Below the pieces are notes generated by a model. It worked only from the letters and a program-made list of their open reading frames with translations. It had not been told where the DNA came from and made no database searches. A stretch of 63,330 nucleotides of DNA, counting the filler, from Chlamydiia bacterium (GTDB lineage: Bacteria; Chlamydiota; Chlamydiia; Chlamydiales; FEN-1388), in assembly GCA_903848235.1 (NCBI GenBank). It is 14 parts of 14 records of this genome, joined end to end, with 100 filler letters (N's around TTAATTAATTAA, not from the genome) between each part and the next. Parts side by side here need not be neighbours in the genome. Positions count along the whole stretch, not along the records: positions 50,856 to 52,704 come from CAINFV010000216.1; positions 52,805 to 55,866 come from CAINFV010000217.1; positions 55,967 to 59,803 come from CAINFV010000219.1; positions 59,904 to 61,528 come from CAINFV010000221.1; positions 61,629 to 63,330 come from CAINFV010000230.1; 9 more parts are not named here. The stretch is one strand, 5' to 3'. This document shows positions 52,586 to 61,984 of the stretch, in pieces (position 1 is the first letter of the stretch; each line of letters starts with the position of its first letter). The position numbers were made by a program, and so were the translations under genes.

Positions 52586-52804
52586 AGTTGATCATTGCTG
52601 ATCAATGACCAAGTTTTGGCCAAGAGCAACCACGCTCTTGAATTAATTTCCTGGCGCTGCGATTGCTCGCCGTCCGTTCCCCCGCGGGACAGACAACTAT
52701 CCCCNNNNNNNNNNNNNNNNNNNNNNNNNNNNNNNNNNNNNNNNNNNNTTAATTAATTAANNNNNNNNNNNNNNNNNNNNNNNNNNNNNNNNNNNNNNNN
52801 NNNN

Positions 52805-53054
52805 CAGGTGCGAGTCGTTCCCTTCTCATCGAATTCGATGCAGACTTTTCCGGATTTTTTGGCTGTCCATAGGAGGACCTCTTTAAACCGTCCGATGAGG
52901 GACCGATTGTTCATGCCTCGCCTCATGGCCGTGGTTATGCCATTGCCGTGGGGAGCATAATCTCCTATTGCGATACAGTCATACTTTTGGCACAGGGCGT
53001 GAGCCAAGGTAAACATAAAAGTCTTTGTCTGTTCTCGACGTTTATGAAGAGCTC
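52805..53054 (-). pseudogene. tnpB: IS200/IS605 TnpB fragment (RuvC-II region to start of zinc finger), interrupted by the intron
   Basis: ALHKRREQTKTF..YDCIAIGDY..RRGMNNRSLIGRFKEVL..DEKGTTRT. Confidence 0.85.
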
Positions 53055-55220
53055 TTGCGACACGAAGCTGTTGAGAAAAGTTGTCTCTCAATAGAAGAGT
53101 CCACCCTTACAGCGGGGTGAATCTAGGGCTCTGAATAAAGGAGCGAGCCCGACAACGTAGCGAAGGGGTTATTTAATCCCGGGATTAAAACCGAAAGGTC
53201 ACAATCCTCCTGACAAGCCATTACGAACAGGTAAGCGCTAGATAGTGAATACGGTGAAATTAAATAAATCTGCGATAATGACCGTAACATAAAGCAAGCG
53301 GAAATGGCTTTTACGCTTAAGCCAAACGGTAATGAGAATGGGTGCAACGTCTGAGCACTACGTTCACGCTGTCCATAGTTCTCCGGTCAAAAGCAGGCAC
53401 CTACCTTCACGTACTCTTCTCAATGGAACGTGGGAACCTCGAATCGCTCCCAGATCAGTCTGGGAAAGTATCTCGTAAGAGACTACCGAAAACGATCCGA
53501 GATTGGGATCCTGGAAAAAGCGAAAGCTGATCTGTAATGGGTCAGATACGGGTTGAAACATCACCCGACACGAGAGTGAGCAGACTTCCAAGTGGTTCCT
53601 CTTTGTGAGAGAACTCGAAGAACCTATTTAAACGAGGGAAATGCAAATGACGACTATGGCCTCCACAGTTGGTGCGCCCCCGGCGAGAACAATACAATGG
53701 TCTTCCATCAATTGGAAGGCTGTTCAAAATCTTGTATATAAGCTTCAAGTGCGTATTGCAAAGGCTATAAAGTTAGGTCACTACTGCAAGGCCAAAACCT
53801 TGCAATGGATCCTAACGCATTCATTCTATGCTAAACTGTTAGCGGTCAAACGTGTAACACAAAACAAGGGCAAAAACACCCCTGGAGTAGATCACGTCAT
53901 CCTAAAGACTCCCAAACAGAAAATACGAGCGGTAGAATCTTTGAAGAGACGGGGATATAAATACTCACCTCTTAAAAGAATCTATATTCCCAAGAAGAAT
54001 GGAAAACTTAGACCTCTAGGAATCCCTACGAAAATCGACCTAGCTCAACAAGCTTTACATTTGTTGGCACTCGAACCAGTAGCAGAAACACTAGCGGATA
54101 AGCAATCATACGGCTTTAGACCCAAAAGGTCTCTTCACGATGCCATTGAAGGATGCTTCAACGCATTAGCAAGAAAAGGATCTGCACAATGGATTTTGGA
54201 GGGGGATATCAAAGCCTGTTTTGACAAGATTTCTCATGAGTGGCTGCTAAAACACGTCATCATGGATAAAAAGGTGCTCAAACAATGGCTAAACGCTGGA
54301 TATATGGAAAAAGAAGTCTTTCATTGTACCTCAGAGGGAACACCTCAAGGTGGCGCAGCTTCACCATGTCTTGCAAATATCGCCCTGGATGGCCTTGAAA
54401 AAGCCATTCTAGCAATAGGCAAGAAAAAGGATAAACTCCACTTTGTGCGTTATGCCGACGACTGGATTTGCACCGCTTCTTCCAGGGAAATTCTAGAACA
54501 AAAAGTGCTCCCTACCGTTATCAGCTTTCTGAAGGAGCGAGGATTAGAACTCTCTAAAGAGAAAACTTTAATCACGCACATCAATGAAGGGTTTAACTTT
54601 CTCGGATGTAACCTGCGCAAATATAAGAAGAAACTTATCATAAAACCAGGAAAGAAAGGAATCAAAACCTTTCTAGACAGCATTCGAGAAACTATTATCT
54701 CCATGCGCGCGAGTAAGGCGGAAAATTTGATTTACATCCTTAATCCAAAGATCCAAGGATGGACCAATCATTACTGCCACGTAGTCGCCAAACAGATCTT
54801 TTCCAATATCGATTCAAGCATTTTCAAAAGTCTCTGGGCATGGGCAAAAAGAAGGCATCCCAACAAACGTCTCCAATGGATTAAAGACAAGTATTTTACT
54901 CGAATTAACCAAAGAGACTGGGTTTTCTTCTCGCATCAGAAGGGCAAACATAAGGATGAGCATAAGGATGAGCCTTTGCTCACTTTAAAATCTGCTTCCT
55001 CTACACGTATCATAAGACACGTGAAAATCAGAGCTGAGGCTAACCCCTATGATCCTAACTTCAAGAGCTACTTTCAAGAAAGGAAACTCAAGCAAAGAAT
55101 GTCTAAATATAGCCGGGCGCCCACAGGCGACCTTAGAGGGGCTCGAGCCGTATGATGGGAAACTATCACGTACGGTTCCTAGAGGGGCGGGTTGCGGCAA
55201 CGCAACTCTGCCTACTCGGC
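53055..55220 (+). mobile_element. group II intron (IIB, CL1-like) with intron-encoded RT
   Basis: 5' TTGCGACACG; EBS2 CATAAA 53288-53293; EBS1 GAGCAC 53353-53358; domain V GAGCCGTATGATGGGAAACTATCACGTACGGTTC; domain VI ending CCTACTCGGC. Confidence 0.93.
53641..55155 (+). CDS. ltrA: group II intron reverse transcriptase/maturase without HNH endonuclease
   Basis: NKGKNTPGVD, RPLGIP, YGFRPKRS, EGDIKACFD, GTPQGG, RYADD, LNPKIQGW; stop inside domain V. Confidence 0.96.
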   Translation: MQMTTMASTVGAPPARTIQWSSINWKAVQNLVYKLQVRIAKAIKLGHYCKAKTLQWILTHSFYAKLLAVKRVTQNKGKNTPGVDHVILKTPKQKIRAVESLKRRGYKYSPLKRIYIPKKNGKLRPLGIPTKIDLAQQALHLLALEPVAETLADKQSYGFRPKRSLHDAIEGCFNALARKGSAQWILEGDIKACFDKISHEWLLKHVIMDKKVLKQWLNAGYMEKEVFHCTSEGTPQGGAASPCLANIALDGLEKAILAIGKKKDKLHFVRYADDWICTASSREILEQKVLPTVISFLKERGLELSKEKTLITHINEGFNFLGCNLRKYKKKLIIKPGKKGIKTFLDSIRETIISMRASKAENLIYILNPKIQGWTNHYCHVVAKQIFSNIDSSIFKSLWAWAKRRHPNKRLQWIKDKYFTRINQRDWVFFSHQKGKHKDEHKDEPLLTLKSASSTRIIRHVKIRAEANPYDPNFKSYFQERKLKQRMSKYSRAPTGDLRGARAV

Positions 55221-55866
55221 TTCTTACGGGTTCTATCCGATGACGACATGCGCCCTCCAGTAAGAAAAGCTGATCAATTACAAATTGAAAGAGTTCCCTT
55301 CTGTCCTGATATGAAGGGCCTATCAATGAAAGGATATCATTTTTCAGCCACCTATAGAGGGTAATTACGTCTTCTGCTAGAGAAAATGCCTTTTCCAAGG
55401 CGATTTCAGCCTTTTCAAGATCCTCAAGTAATATTTGATGGTTCTGTTCTTGTTTCCACTTTCCTCTTGGGCATTGAATTTTATGCTTGAGCCCGTCAAC
55501 TACTTTGAGCGCTTCCGCCACTCGATTGTCCAAATAACAAACAAGCTTGTTAAATGGGTGTAGGGCATGAAAAACATCGCCGTGGCATTGGACATCAGGC
55601 CAAGCAACTTTTTGCCCTCTTCTTGCAGCAGGCCCTCCGTCAGCAATACTGTAATCTGGTCTAAGACCTTGTTTCTCAGAGAGTTCTAAAAGCCGCACTC
55701 CCCAGGTGTTGGCATCACACGTGTCTTCCAGACTGAGGAGATAGCAATACGTAGAGAACGTATCGCATCCTACTAAGACGGGATCGCCGGCCTGATAAAT
55801 CTCATCATGAGCCCCTACTTTTATTTTAGAGAGATTTTGATGACGATTGATGTCTTTGGCTCTATC
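55221..55866 (-). pseudogene. DDE transposase fragment interrupted by the intron
   Basis: frame open from contig end: GAHDEIYQ..PVLVGCD..STYCYLL, SIADGG, HGDVFH, HRIEPVR. Confidence 0.75.
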
Positions 55867-55966
55867 NNNNNNNNNNNNNNNNNNNNNNNNNNNNNNNNNN
55901 NNNNNNNNNNTTAATTAATTAANNNNNNNNNNNNNNNNNNNNNNNNNNNNNNNNNNNNNNNNNNNN

Positions 55967-56112
55967 GCGCCTGACACCACAGCATAGATATCGATATTGC
56001 CCTCTCTCGTCCGTACCAGGCTGCCAAAGGAGGGGGGAGCATGCAGCTCGTAGCACTCAGCCATGAAGCTGTCGGTAGAGGATTTTACGACTTCGCCGAT
56101 CTTCGTTAACAA
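55967..56112 (-). CDS. HAS-barrel domain protein, 5' fragment
   Basis: IGEVVKSSTDSFMAECYELHAPPSFGSLVR; family normally accompanies nurA/herA. Confidence 0.75.
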
Positions 56113-56128
56113 ACCATTACTCTCCGCT

Positions 56129-56455
56129 TTATCCTGTTACCTTGCAAAAACTCAGGCCGATCACCCCTAAGATTATGAAAACAATCGAGCCCATCTTCAG
56201 AGCGGTCACCGGCTCTCCAAAGTAAAAGATACCGATAGCTGCGATTAAAGACATACCGATGCCACACCATATGGCATAAGCAGCGCTCAGATTGATACCT
56301 TTCTTTAGCGCAATTGAGAAAACAGCGAACGATATCCCGTAGAAGACGAACAACAATACCGACGGCACTAACTTGCTAAAACCATCCGACAGCTTCATAC
56401 AGGTGGTACCGGCCACCTCAAACGCTATCGCTATGAACAGGAGGAACCAGCTCAT
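56129..56455 (-). CDS. SMR-family small multidrug efflux transporter
   Basis: WFLLFIAIAFEVAGTTCMKLSDGF, AYAIWCGIG, 4 TM. Confidence 0.93.
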   Translation of the reverse strand: MSWFLLFIAIAFEVAGTTCMKLSDGFSKLVPSVLLFVFYGISFAVFSIALKKGINLSAAYAIWCGIGMSLIAAIGIFYFGEPVTALKMGSIVFIILGVIGLSFCKVTG

Positions 56456-56549
56456 TTAATAACCCCCTACGCCATCAGACATTTTGTGTCATTTCAACTA
56501 ACCGACTACACGTCGATCTTGCTCGTGTCATAGATTCTTCACCGCTCTA

Positions 56550-57248
56550 CTATTTCTTTCTGCCGGCCTTAATTGCATCCAGCATATTCTTGATGCCATG
56601 CGTGAAAACCAGGTCTTTATCCCATCTCTGCCCATCATAAGCCACGCTGTATACATTCAATATCTCATGCACAGTATCAATAGTCCGATCGATCTCCTCT
56701 ATATCCACCGGGCATTCATCGAAAACATTTATATGCGTCTTGGCAACCTTCCTGTCTATATGCAACAGCGCGTCGTCCTCCCACTTCTTCAGTTTTTTAA
56801 CGGGCAACCCCTTTAATCTGGCTCTATTCTCCTTGATAACATCGCGCGTCACTTGCGAGGGCTTCTCTTCATCTACCTGCTTCTCGATGATCATTTCTTC
56901 CTCATTGCGCTTTCTGCTATCGGCAGCCGGGGCGGCAAATATATCTATGTTCTTCTCAGCAAAATCCAGAAAATAGGAGATATTCGCTGTACTCTCGTCC
57001 CCTTTCTCGAACAATTTGTTCAAACGCAGCAGGGTCTCCAGAAGATGCCCGCGCATACTCAGCGTGAAGAAGGTGTGCGCCACGTTCATCTCATCCGAAT
57101 AGCTCTCTATATAGCTCCACAGGCATTTCCAGGTGATGAAGTGCCAGTTGGCATTATTCAGTTCTCCTCTTAACGTATGGCTTAATCTTATGAACTCTTC
57201 CTCTTTACCTGTTACTTTTGTGGTTTTATTAACAGACTTCCCTTTCAT
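56550..57248 (-). CDS. HEPN AbiU2-like protein, apparently lacking the catalytic Arg
   Basis: FFTLS..TLLRLNKLFE..NISYFL helical pattern; LKKWEDDALLHID where RxxxxxH is expected. Confidence 0.5.
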   Translation of the reverse strand: MKGKSVNKTTKVTGKEEEFIRLSHTLRGELNNANWHFITWKCLWSYIESYSDEMNVAHTFFTLSMRGHLLETLLRLNKLFEKGDESTANISYFLDFAEKNIDIFAAPAADSRKRNEEEMIIEKQVDEEKPSQVTRDVIKENRARLKGLPVKKLKKWEDDALLHIDRKVAKTHINVFDECPVDIEEIDRTIDTVHEILNVYSVAYDGQRWDKDLVFTHGIKNMLDAIKAGRKK

Positions 57249-57309
57249 ACCTCACCTCTTCTTACATAAATTAGCCTAATCGGCAAACCGTTCTCATAAC
57301 AGTAATTGC

Positions 57310-57744
57310 TTATAGTATCTCTTCCAGAATCTCTACTGCATCCTGTACAAAACCGGGACAAACGGTAGAAAACAATTTCTTGCTCTTAGCGATTCGCTGC
57401 CCTTGGGGAGTGCCGATATCGCACCCCAGCAGCTCCCTGCATATAATAGTACCATTCCTCGCTTTGAATTTCTCGCTAAACTCCTTAACAAGCTTATAAG
57501 TCTTTACCTTAGCTTCATCATCATCAGCCCTTGTCCTGCCGTATTTAAGACCGATAACCATGAACGCGCCTGTTACAGCGCCGCACGTCTCGCCCATCCC
57601 CCCCATGCCGCCACCGAACGCCTGAGATACCTTCAATGCCATTTCCCTATTAACACCCATATCGACAGCGTATGTAGAGAACACCGCCTGCGAGCAGCTG
57701 AAGCCCTCTTTATAACACGATACCGACTGTTTCACCTTATCCAT
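57310..57744 (-). CDS. C_GCAxxG_C_C family putative redox protein
   Basis: FSCSQAV, FGGGMG, TCGAVTGA, ICRELLG, VCPGFV. Confidence 0.92.
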   Translation of the reverse strand: MDKVKQSVSCYKEGFSCSQAVFSTYAVDMGVNREMALKVSQAFGGGMGGMGETCGAVTGAFMVIGLKYGRTRADDDEAKVKTYKLVKEFSEKFKARNGTIICRELLGCDIGTPQGQRIAKSKKLFSTVCPGFVQDAVEILEEIL

Positions 57745-57756
57745 TCAAATATCTGC

Positions 57757-59142
57757 CTAATCAAAACCTTCACCCTTCCACCTATATGCGTGTCTGAATC
57801 CAAGAGCCTCTGCCTCAGCTACAGTTTCGACGTAGCGTTCTAGCTTATCTTCCTCAATTAGTATTGTTTCATATTGCTGATCAAATGGTAAATGATATAT
57901 CTTTTCTTCGTTTTTACGCGACACATTACATTTTACAGACGGATAACGCTGAAATGGAACTCTCTCTATGATTACACTGAGTATCTCAGCCACCTGCTCC
58001 GCTTTAGGCGAAACCCCTGTTGTAGTAACCAGCTTTGGAGTTATCTCTCTTCCCTTAATATGTGCTGGGAATAATGAGAGCTGTATATCCTCTTGCTTGC
58101 CAAAATTTTCTATATAGTATTCAACAGTAGTACCAAATAAGTAATAGATATTCTTTTCGTGGATTGTTTTTTCCTGCGACCAATATTTACACTGTATTAT
58201 TTCTACAGATTTACCCTTCTTGCAAATCAGGTCTCTTCCTAGGTCTTCATATCCTTTTCTGCCGTGGAAGTAAACATCCCAGCCCTTGCATTCATACAAG
58301 TATCCGATGTAATTCTCATAGTCTCTGCCAATTTGCCAATTAGTTTTATTAGGCTTCTCCCAATACCAATCCAGCTTCCTCTGCAACTTTTCCGTTGGCG
58401 TCAAGGCATCATAATTACTAGGCCCCATCCACCGTTTTACTTCCTCATCAAGTTCCTTTTCCTTCTTCTCCCACGATGAATGTATTTCTCTTATAACTGC
58501 ATCCAACTCCTTAGCTTCCATCCCAATATATTCATCCAACCAAGGAGCAAGGAATCTACAATACTGTAAAAGGTTATCAGCAATCCGTGCAGCTTTTTCT
58601 GCCTCTCGCCGTTCCTTTGCTATTTGTCTGACATCTTCAGCAGCTCTCCGCGCCGGATGGGATTTCATTTCCAAAGTATCTGACAATCGAATATCTTGAA
58701 GCCTAAAATAATCATCGTAAGCATCGGCTAACCAAGGAAAACCTTGAGACTTCTCTTTAGCTAATTGAATGACATCGGTATTATCTACCTTACTCTTCGC
58801 TAGTTTTATCAACCCCTCTCGTTTGTCTTCAAGCTGTTGCTCTGCTTCCTGCCTATATGATTCAATTTCCATTTTTGCTTTTCTTACTTCACCGGCTAAT
58901 CGCGTTGCTTCAGTCTTTTTATCTGTTTCAAAAATAGCCCTCTCTTGATTAAGCCTGTCTTTTATTCTAAGAAACTCGTCAAGCTCCGATCCTGTTCCTA
59001 TCCCAAGTTGATTTAGTAATTGTATGTTCTTATCTACAGCCGCTCTTTCAAGCTTAGCTATATTTTCAAAATCAGATCTTTCTCTCCTAACTAATTTTAA
59101 CAACTCGTTGAGTTCCTTTTTCTTTTCATAGTAGTAGCCCAT
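57757..59142 (-). CDS. Mrr-like PD-(D/E)xK endonuclease with N-terminal coiled coil
   Basis: GRDYENYIGYLY..DLGRDLI..IIQCKYW; C-terminal KCNV..KIYHLPFDQQY..EAEALGFR domain. Confidence 0.8.
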   Translation of the reverse strand: MGYYYEKKKELNELLKLVRRERSDFENIAKLERAAVDKNIQLLNQLGIGTGSELDEFLRIKDRLNQERAIFETDKKTEATRLAGEVRKAKMEIESYRQEAEQQLEDKREGLIKLAKSKVDNTDVIQLAKEKSQGFPWLADAYDDYFRLQDIRLSDTLEMKSHPARRAAEDVRQIAKERREAEKAARIADNLLQYCRFLAPWLDEYIGMEAKELDAVIREIHSSWEKKEKELDEEVKRWMGPSNYDALTPTEKLQRKLDWYWEKPNKTNWQIGRDYENYIGYLYECKGWDVYFHGRKGYEDLGRDLICKKGKSVEIIQCKYWSQEKTIHEKNIYYLFGTTVEYYIENFGKQEDIQLSLFPAHIKGREITPKLVTTTGVSPKAEQVAEILSVIIERVPFQRYPSVKCNVSRKNEEKIYHLPFDQQYETILIEEDKLERYVETVAEAEALGFRHAYRWKGEGFD

Positions 59143-59435
59143 TAGCGGAGACTCCTAGTGTATTTACACTCGGGATAATGATTACAACCCCAAAACTCTC
59201 CGTACTTTCCTAGTCTTCTAACTAACATACCGCTACAGTTAGGACACCTATACGTCTCAGATACATATTTACTTCCTACAGATTTTATTTCCTCTTCTTC
59301 CTTACTAAAATCGAACTCAGCGAGAGCACTACGCGCAGCAGCATCCTGCACATTGGATTTTAACCAACTATACACTTCACGGACTATGTAGCAGAAGACT
59401 ATCACACCAATTACAATGCCTATAATTTTAAGCAT
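59142..59435 (-). CDS. membrane-anchored topoisomerase-type C4 zinc-ribbon protein
   Basis: N-terminal TM; CPNCSGMLVRRLGKYGEFWGCNHYPECKYT; TAATG overlap with the nuclease gene. Confidence 0.88.
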   Translation of the reverse strand: MLKIIGIVIGVIVFCYIVREVYSWLKSNVQDAAARSALAEFDFSKEEEEIKSVGSKYVSETYRCPNCSGMLVRRLGKYGEFWGCNHYPECKYTRSLR

Positions 59436-59450
59436 AACTGTCCCTCCACT

Positions 59451-59803
59451 CTACACCCACCTCGTCCGCTTGCTCCTGCTCTTGCCGGAAACCTGCACAT
59501 CCATCCCCTTCTCCGCCATAGCCTGCTCCACCAGCAGACGGAATGTTTCCCGGTCCGCGGCTGTGACCACCGCCTTCTCATGGGCTTCCATAAGCGCAAC
59601 CGGATAACCCAGCCCGCGGCGGCATTGATCCAGCACCAGCGAATGTACTAATCCAACCAGGTCATCGCGCTCCGCGATCCATTTCGGCACCTCGACCCGT
59701 GCTATCTCCCCATCGACTTTTAAATAAAAGAAGCATATCTGATGTTCCCTGTAATATCTCTGCACATATTTCGAGCCGCTCAGGAATACGGCCGACCTCT
59801 GAC
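59451..59803 (-). CDS. nurA: NurA-family nuclease, C-terminal fragment
   Basis: FFYL..EIARVEVPKW..GYPVALMEAHEKAVV. Confidence 0.88.
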
Positions 59804-59903
59804 NNNNNNNNNNNNNNNNNNNNNNNNNNNNNNNNNNNNNNNNNNNNTTAATTAATTAANNNNNNNNNNNNNNNNNNNNNNNNNNNNNNNNNNNNNNNNN
59901 NNN

Positions 59904-61427
59904 GGAAAAACGGAAGTTTTTATTCGCGCAATTGAGGAATGTCTTGCCTCAGGTAAAGGTGTTCTCGTTCTTGTTCCAGAGATTGCGCTAACGACGCAAA
60001 CCATTCAGCGGTTTAAAAGTCGCTTCACTATACCCATCGCAGTTCTCCACCACCGCTTGAGCGATGGGGCACGACGGGAAGCATGGGACTCCATTCGATC
60101 TCAGGGCTCTCGCATCGTTATAGGCGCTCGCTCAGCTGTTTTTTGCCCCATCCCTCATCTCGGTCTCATTATTGTCGACGAAGAACACGAACATAGCTAC
60201 AAGCAAACAGATGATGCTCCGACCTATCATGCACGCGACGTCGCCGTCATGCGAGGCAAGCTCACACAGGCTACGGTTGTGCTCGGGAGCGCAACACCAT
60301 CTTTGGAGAGTTTCAACAACGCTCAAAATGGAAAGTATGAACTTCTTACCCTCTCTGAACGAAGCGCCTCTGCCACGCTGCCTCACGTCCACATCATCGA
60401 CATGCGCCCAGAGCGCGAAAAGGCAAAGGGGTTTACCCTCTTTTCGGATCTTCTCCTGAGTAAACTCGACGAGCGCCGCTTGAAGGGAGAGCAGTCCATG
60501 CTCTTTTTAAATCGACGCGGGTTTCACACCACATGCACGTGCACTGATTGTGGGAAAGTACTCTCCTGCACAAAATGTGACTCGGCTCTCACCTTTCACA
60601 AATCACACAATACTCTTTCCTGCCATCTGTGTGGATTTGAATGCGCTCCACCAACTATTTGTCCCCACTGCAAAAAGCCCTCTCTTATACGCTACGGCGG
60701 GATAGGTACGGAGAAGGTCGAGGCAGCTCTCTACAAGATTTTTGGAGATATACGGATACTGCGTGCCGACGCCGATTCGACAAAGCATAAAGGCTCTCTT
60801 GAAAAGATCCTCACCGATTTCCGTACAGGGAAGGCTGACGTACTTGTTGGTACGCAGATGATCGCAAAAGGGCTTCATTTTCCTGAAGTCACGCTTGTTG
60901 GTGTTCTCAACTGTGATACGACTTTAAGCATTCCAGATTTTCGTGCCCAAGAATATGTCTTCCAACTCATCACTCAAGTCGCTGGTCGCTCTGGGCGTGG
61001 CGTGACAAAAGGTGAAGTCATTTTACAGACGTCACTCCCCGATCACCCAACGATTCTTGCTGCGTCTCGTCAAGATTACCTAGCTTTCTACAATGAAGAA
61101 ACTTCCGTCCGAAAAATGTTTTCCTTTCCGCCCTATGTACACCTCATCAAGTTTGTCTTTTCTGGTGTGGATAACGAGGCAGTGCAGAAATATGCTTGCG
61201 CTTGGGCAGAAGCGCTCCAAAAAGAACTCCCTTCAACGTTCGTGTGCCATCCAGCACTCCCTTGTGGCCATCCCAAAGTCAATGATCGCTGGCGCTATCA
61301 ATGCCTCATCAGGGGACCAAGCGTGTCGTGCATCACAACAATTGCCGAAAAACTCGGGAAGACATTACGCTGTCCTGCTTCAGTTGCCTTTTTTTGTGAC
61401 GTAGACCCTGTCTCAACATTCTTTTAA
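59904..61427 (+). CDS. priA: primosomal protein N', 5' truncated
   Basis: GKTEVF, LVPEIALT, IIVDEEH, GSATPS, four CxxC pairs, QVAGRSGR. Confidence 0.97.
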   Translation, partial: GKTEVFIRAIEECLASGKGVLVLVPEIALTTQTIQRFKSRFTIPIAVLHHRLSDGARREAWDSIRSQGSRIVIGARSAVFCPIPHLGLIIVDEEHEHSYKQTDDAPTYHARDVAVMRGKLTQATVVLGSATPSLESFNNAQNGKYELLTLSERSASATLPHVHIIDMRPEREKAKGFTLFSDLLLSKLDERRLKGEQSMLFLNRRGFHTTCTCTDCGKVLSCTKCDSALTFHKSHNTLSCHLCGFECAPPTICPHCKKPSLIRYGGIGTEKVEAALYKIFGDIRILRADADSTKHKGSLEKILTDFRTGKADVLVGTQMIAKGLHFPEVTLVGVLNCDTTLSIPDFRAQEYVFQLITQVAGRSGRGVTKGEVILQTSLPDHPTILAASRQDYLAFYNEETSVRKMFSFPPYVHLIKFVFSGVDNEAVQKYACAWAEALQKELPSTFVCHPALPCGHPKVNDRWRYQCLIRGPSVSCITTIAEKLGKTLRCPASVAFFCDVDPVSTFF

Positions 61428-61649
61428 ATAACAATTTTTACATGAGTCATTGTATATGGGGCCCATTGAAACGCCATTTTCCATTTCAGAAAAACCTGTA
61501 TTTCCGTGCAGCTCTCCCTTTCTTGAGANNNNNNNNNNNNNNNNNNNNNNNNNNNNNNNNNNNNNNNNNNNNTTAATTAATTAANNNNNNNNNNNNNNNN
61601 NNNNNNNNNNNNNNNNNNNNNNNNNNNNATCTTGTAGGTGAGACGCCTC

Positions 61650-61753
61650 CACGCGAATCGACAGCAGAGCTGCTAGGCTGTCGTATCTAGACAACCGTTC
61701 ACAATGGCCTGAAAGGGCTATATGTCCACAATTGTCCAGATTTTTAGAAGCGG
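61650..61753 (-). mobile_element. CCGCTTCTAAAAATC-family element end, copy 3 (diverged)
   Basis: shares CGACAGCAGAGCTGCTAGGCTGTCGTATCTAG and GATTTTTAGAAGCGG with 25455-25560. Confidence 0.75.
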
Positions 61754-61754
61754 T

Positions 61755-61958
61755 ACTCCCCTCAAACATCCAATTGCCTTTACACCAGCCTTCTACTAAG
61801 CCAAAGAGACTCAACAACGAGGGAACAACTTTCTTTCTTCTATGGGAAAAGAAGATATCTCTTTTAAAGACGTTGTGCGCGAACTTTCTAACTTCGCAGA
61901 CTTTATTTTTGAAATTCAACCGCTATTGACGAAAGTCCATAGATTCCATGACGACTGA
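61755..61958 (+). pseudogene. possible C-terminal remnant of an AbiEii-type nucleotidyltransferase toxin
   Basis: TPLKHPIAFTPAFY*AKETQQRGNNFLSSMGKEDISFKDVVRELSNF; internal TAA 61797-61799; abuts the element end. Confidence 0.4.
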
Positions 61959-61984
61959 ATGTCCTTCCCTTCGTGGTTCTTAAT

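Noticed and set aside
52673..52704. GTTCCCCCGCGGGAC, reminiscent of a type I-E CRISPR repeat
   Set aside because: Single partial copy at a contig end, no spacer periodicity, no cas genes.
53641..55155. RT as a retron, DGR or CRISPR-associated RT
   Set aside because: Maturase domain, domain V/VI and EBS/IBS matches identify a group II intron; no TR/VR pair or cas1.
61629..61919. Minus-strand ORF reading through element copy 3, suggesting in-frame RPE-style insertion with fixed orientation
   Set aside because: The flank is better explained as a + strand toxin remnant, so orientation is not consistent across the three copies.
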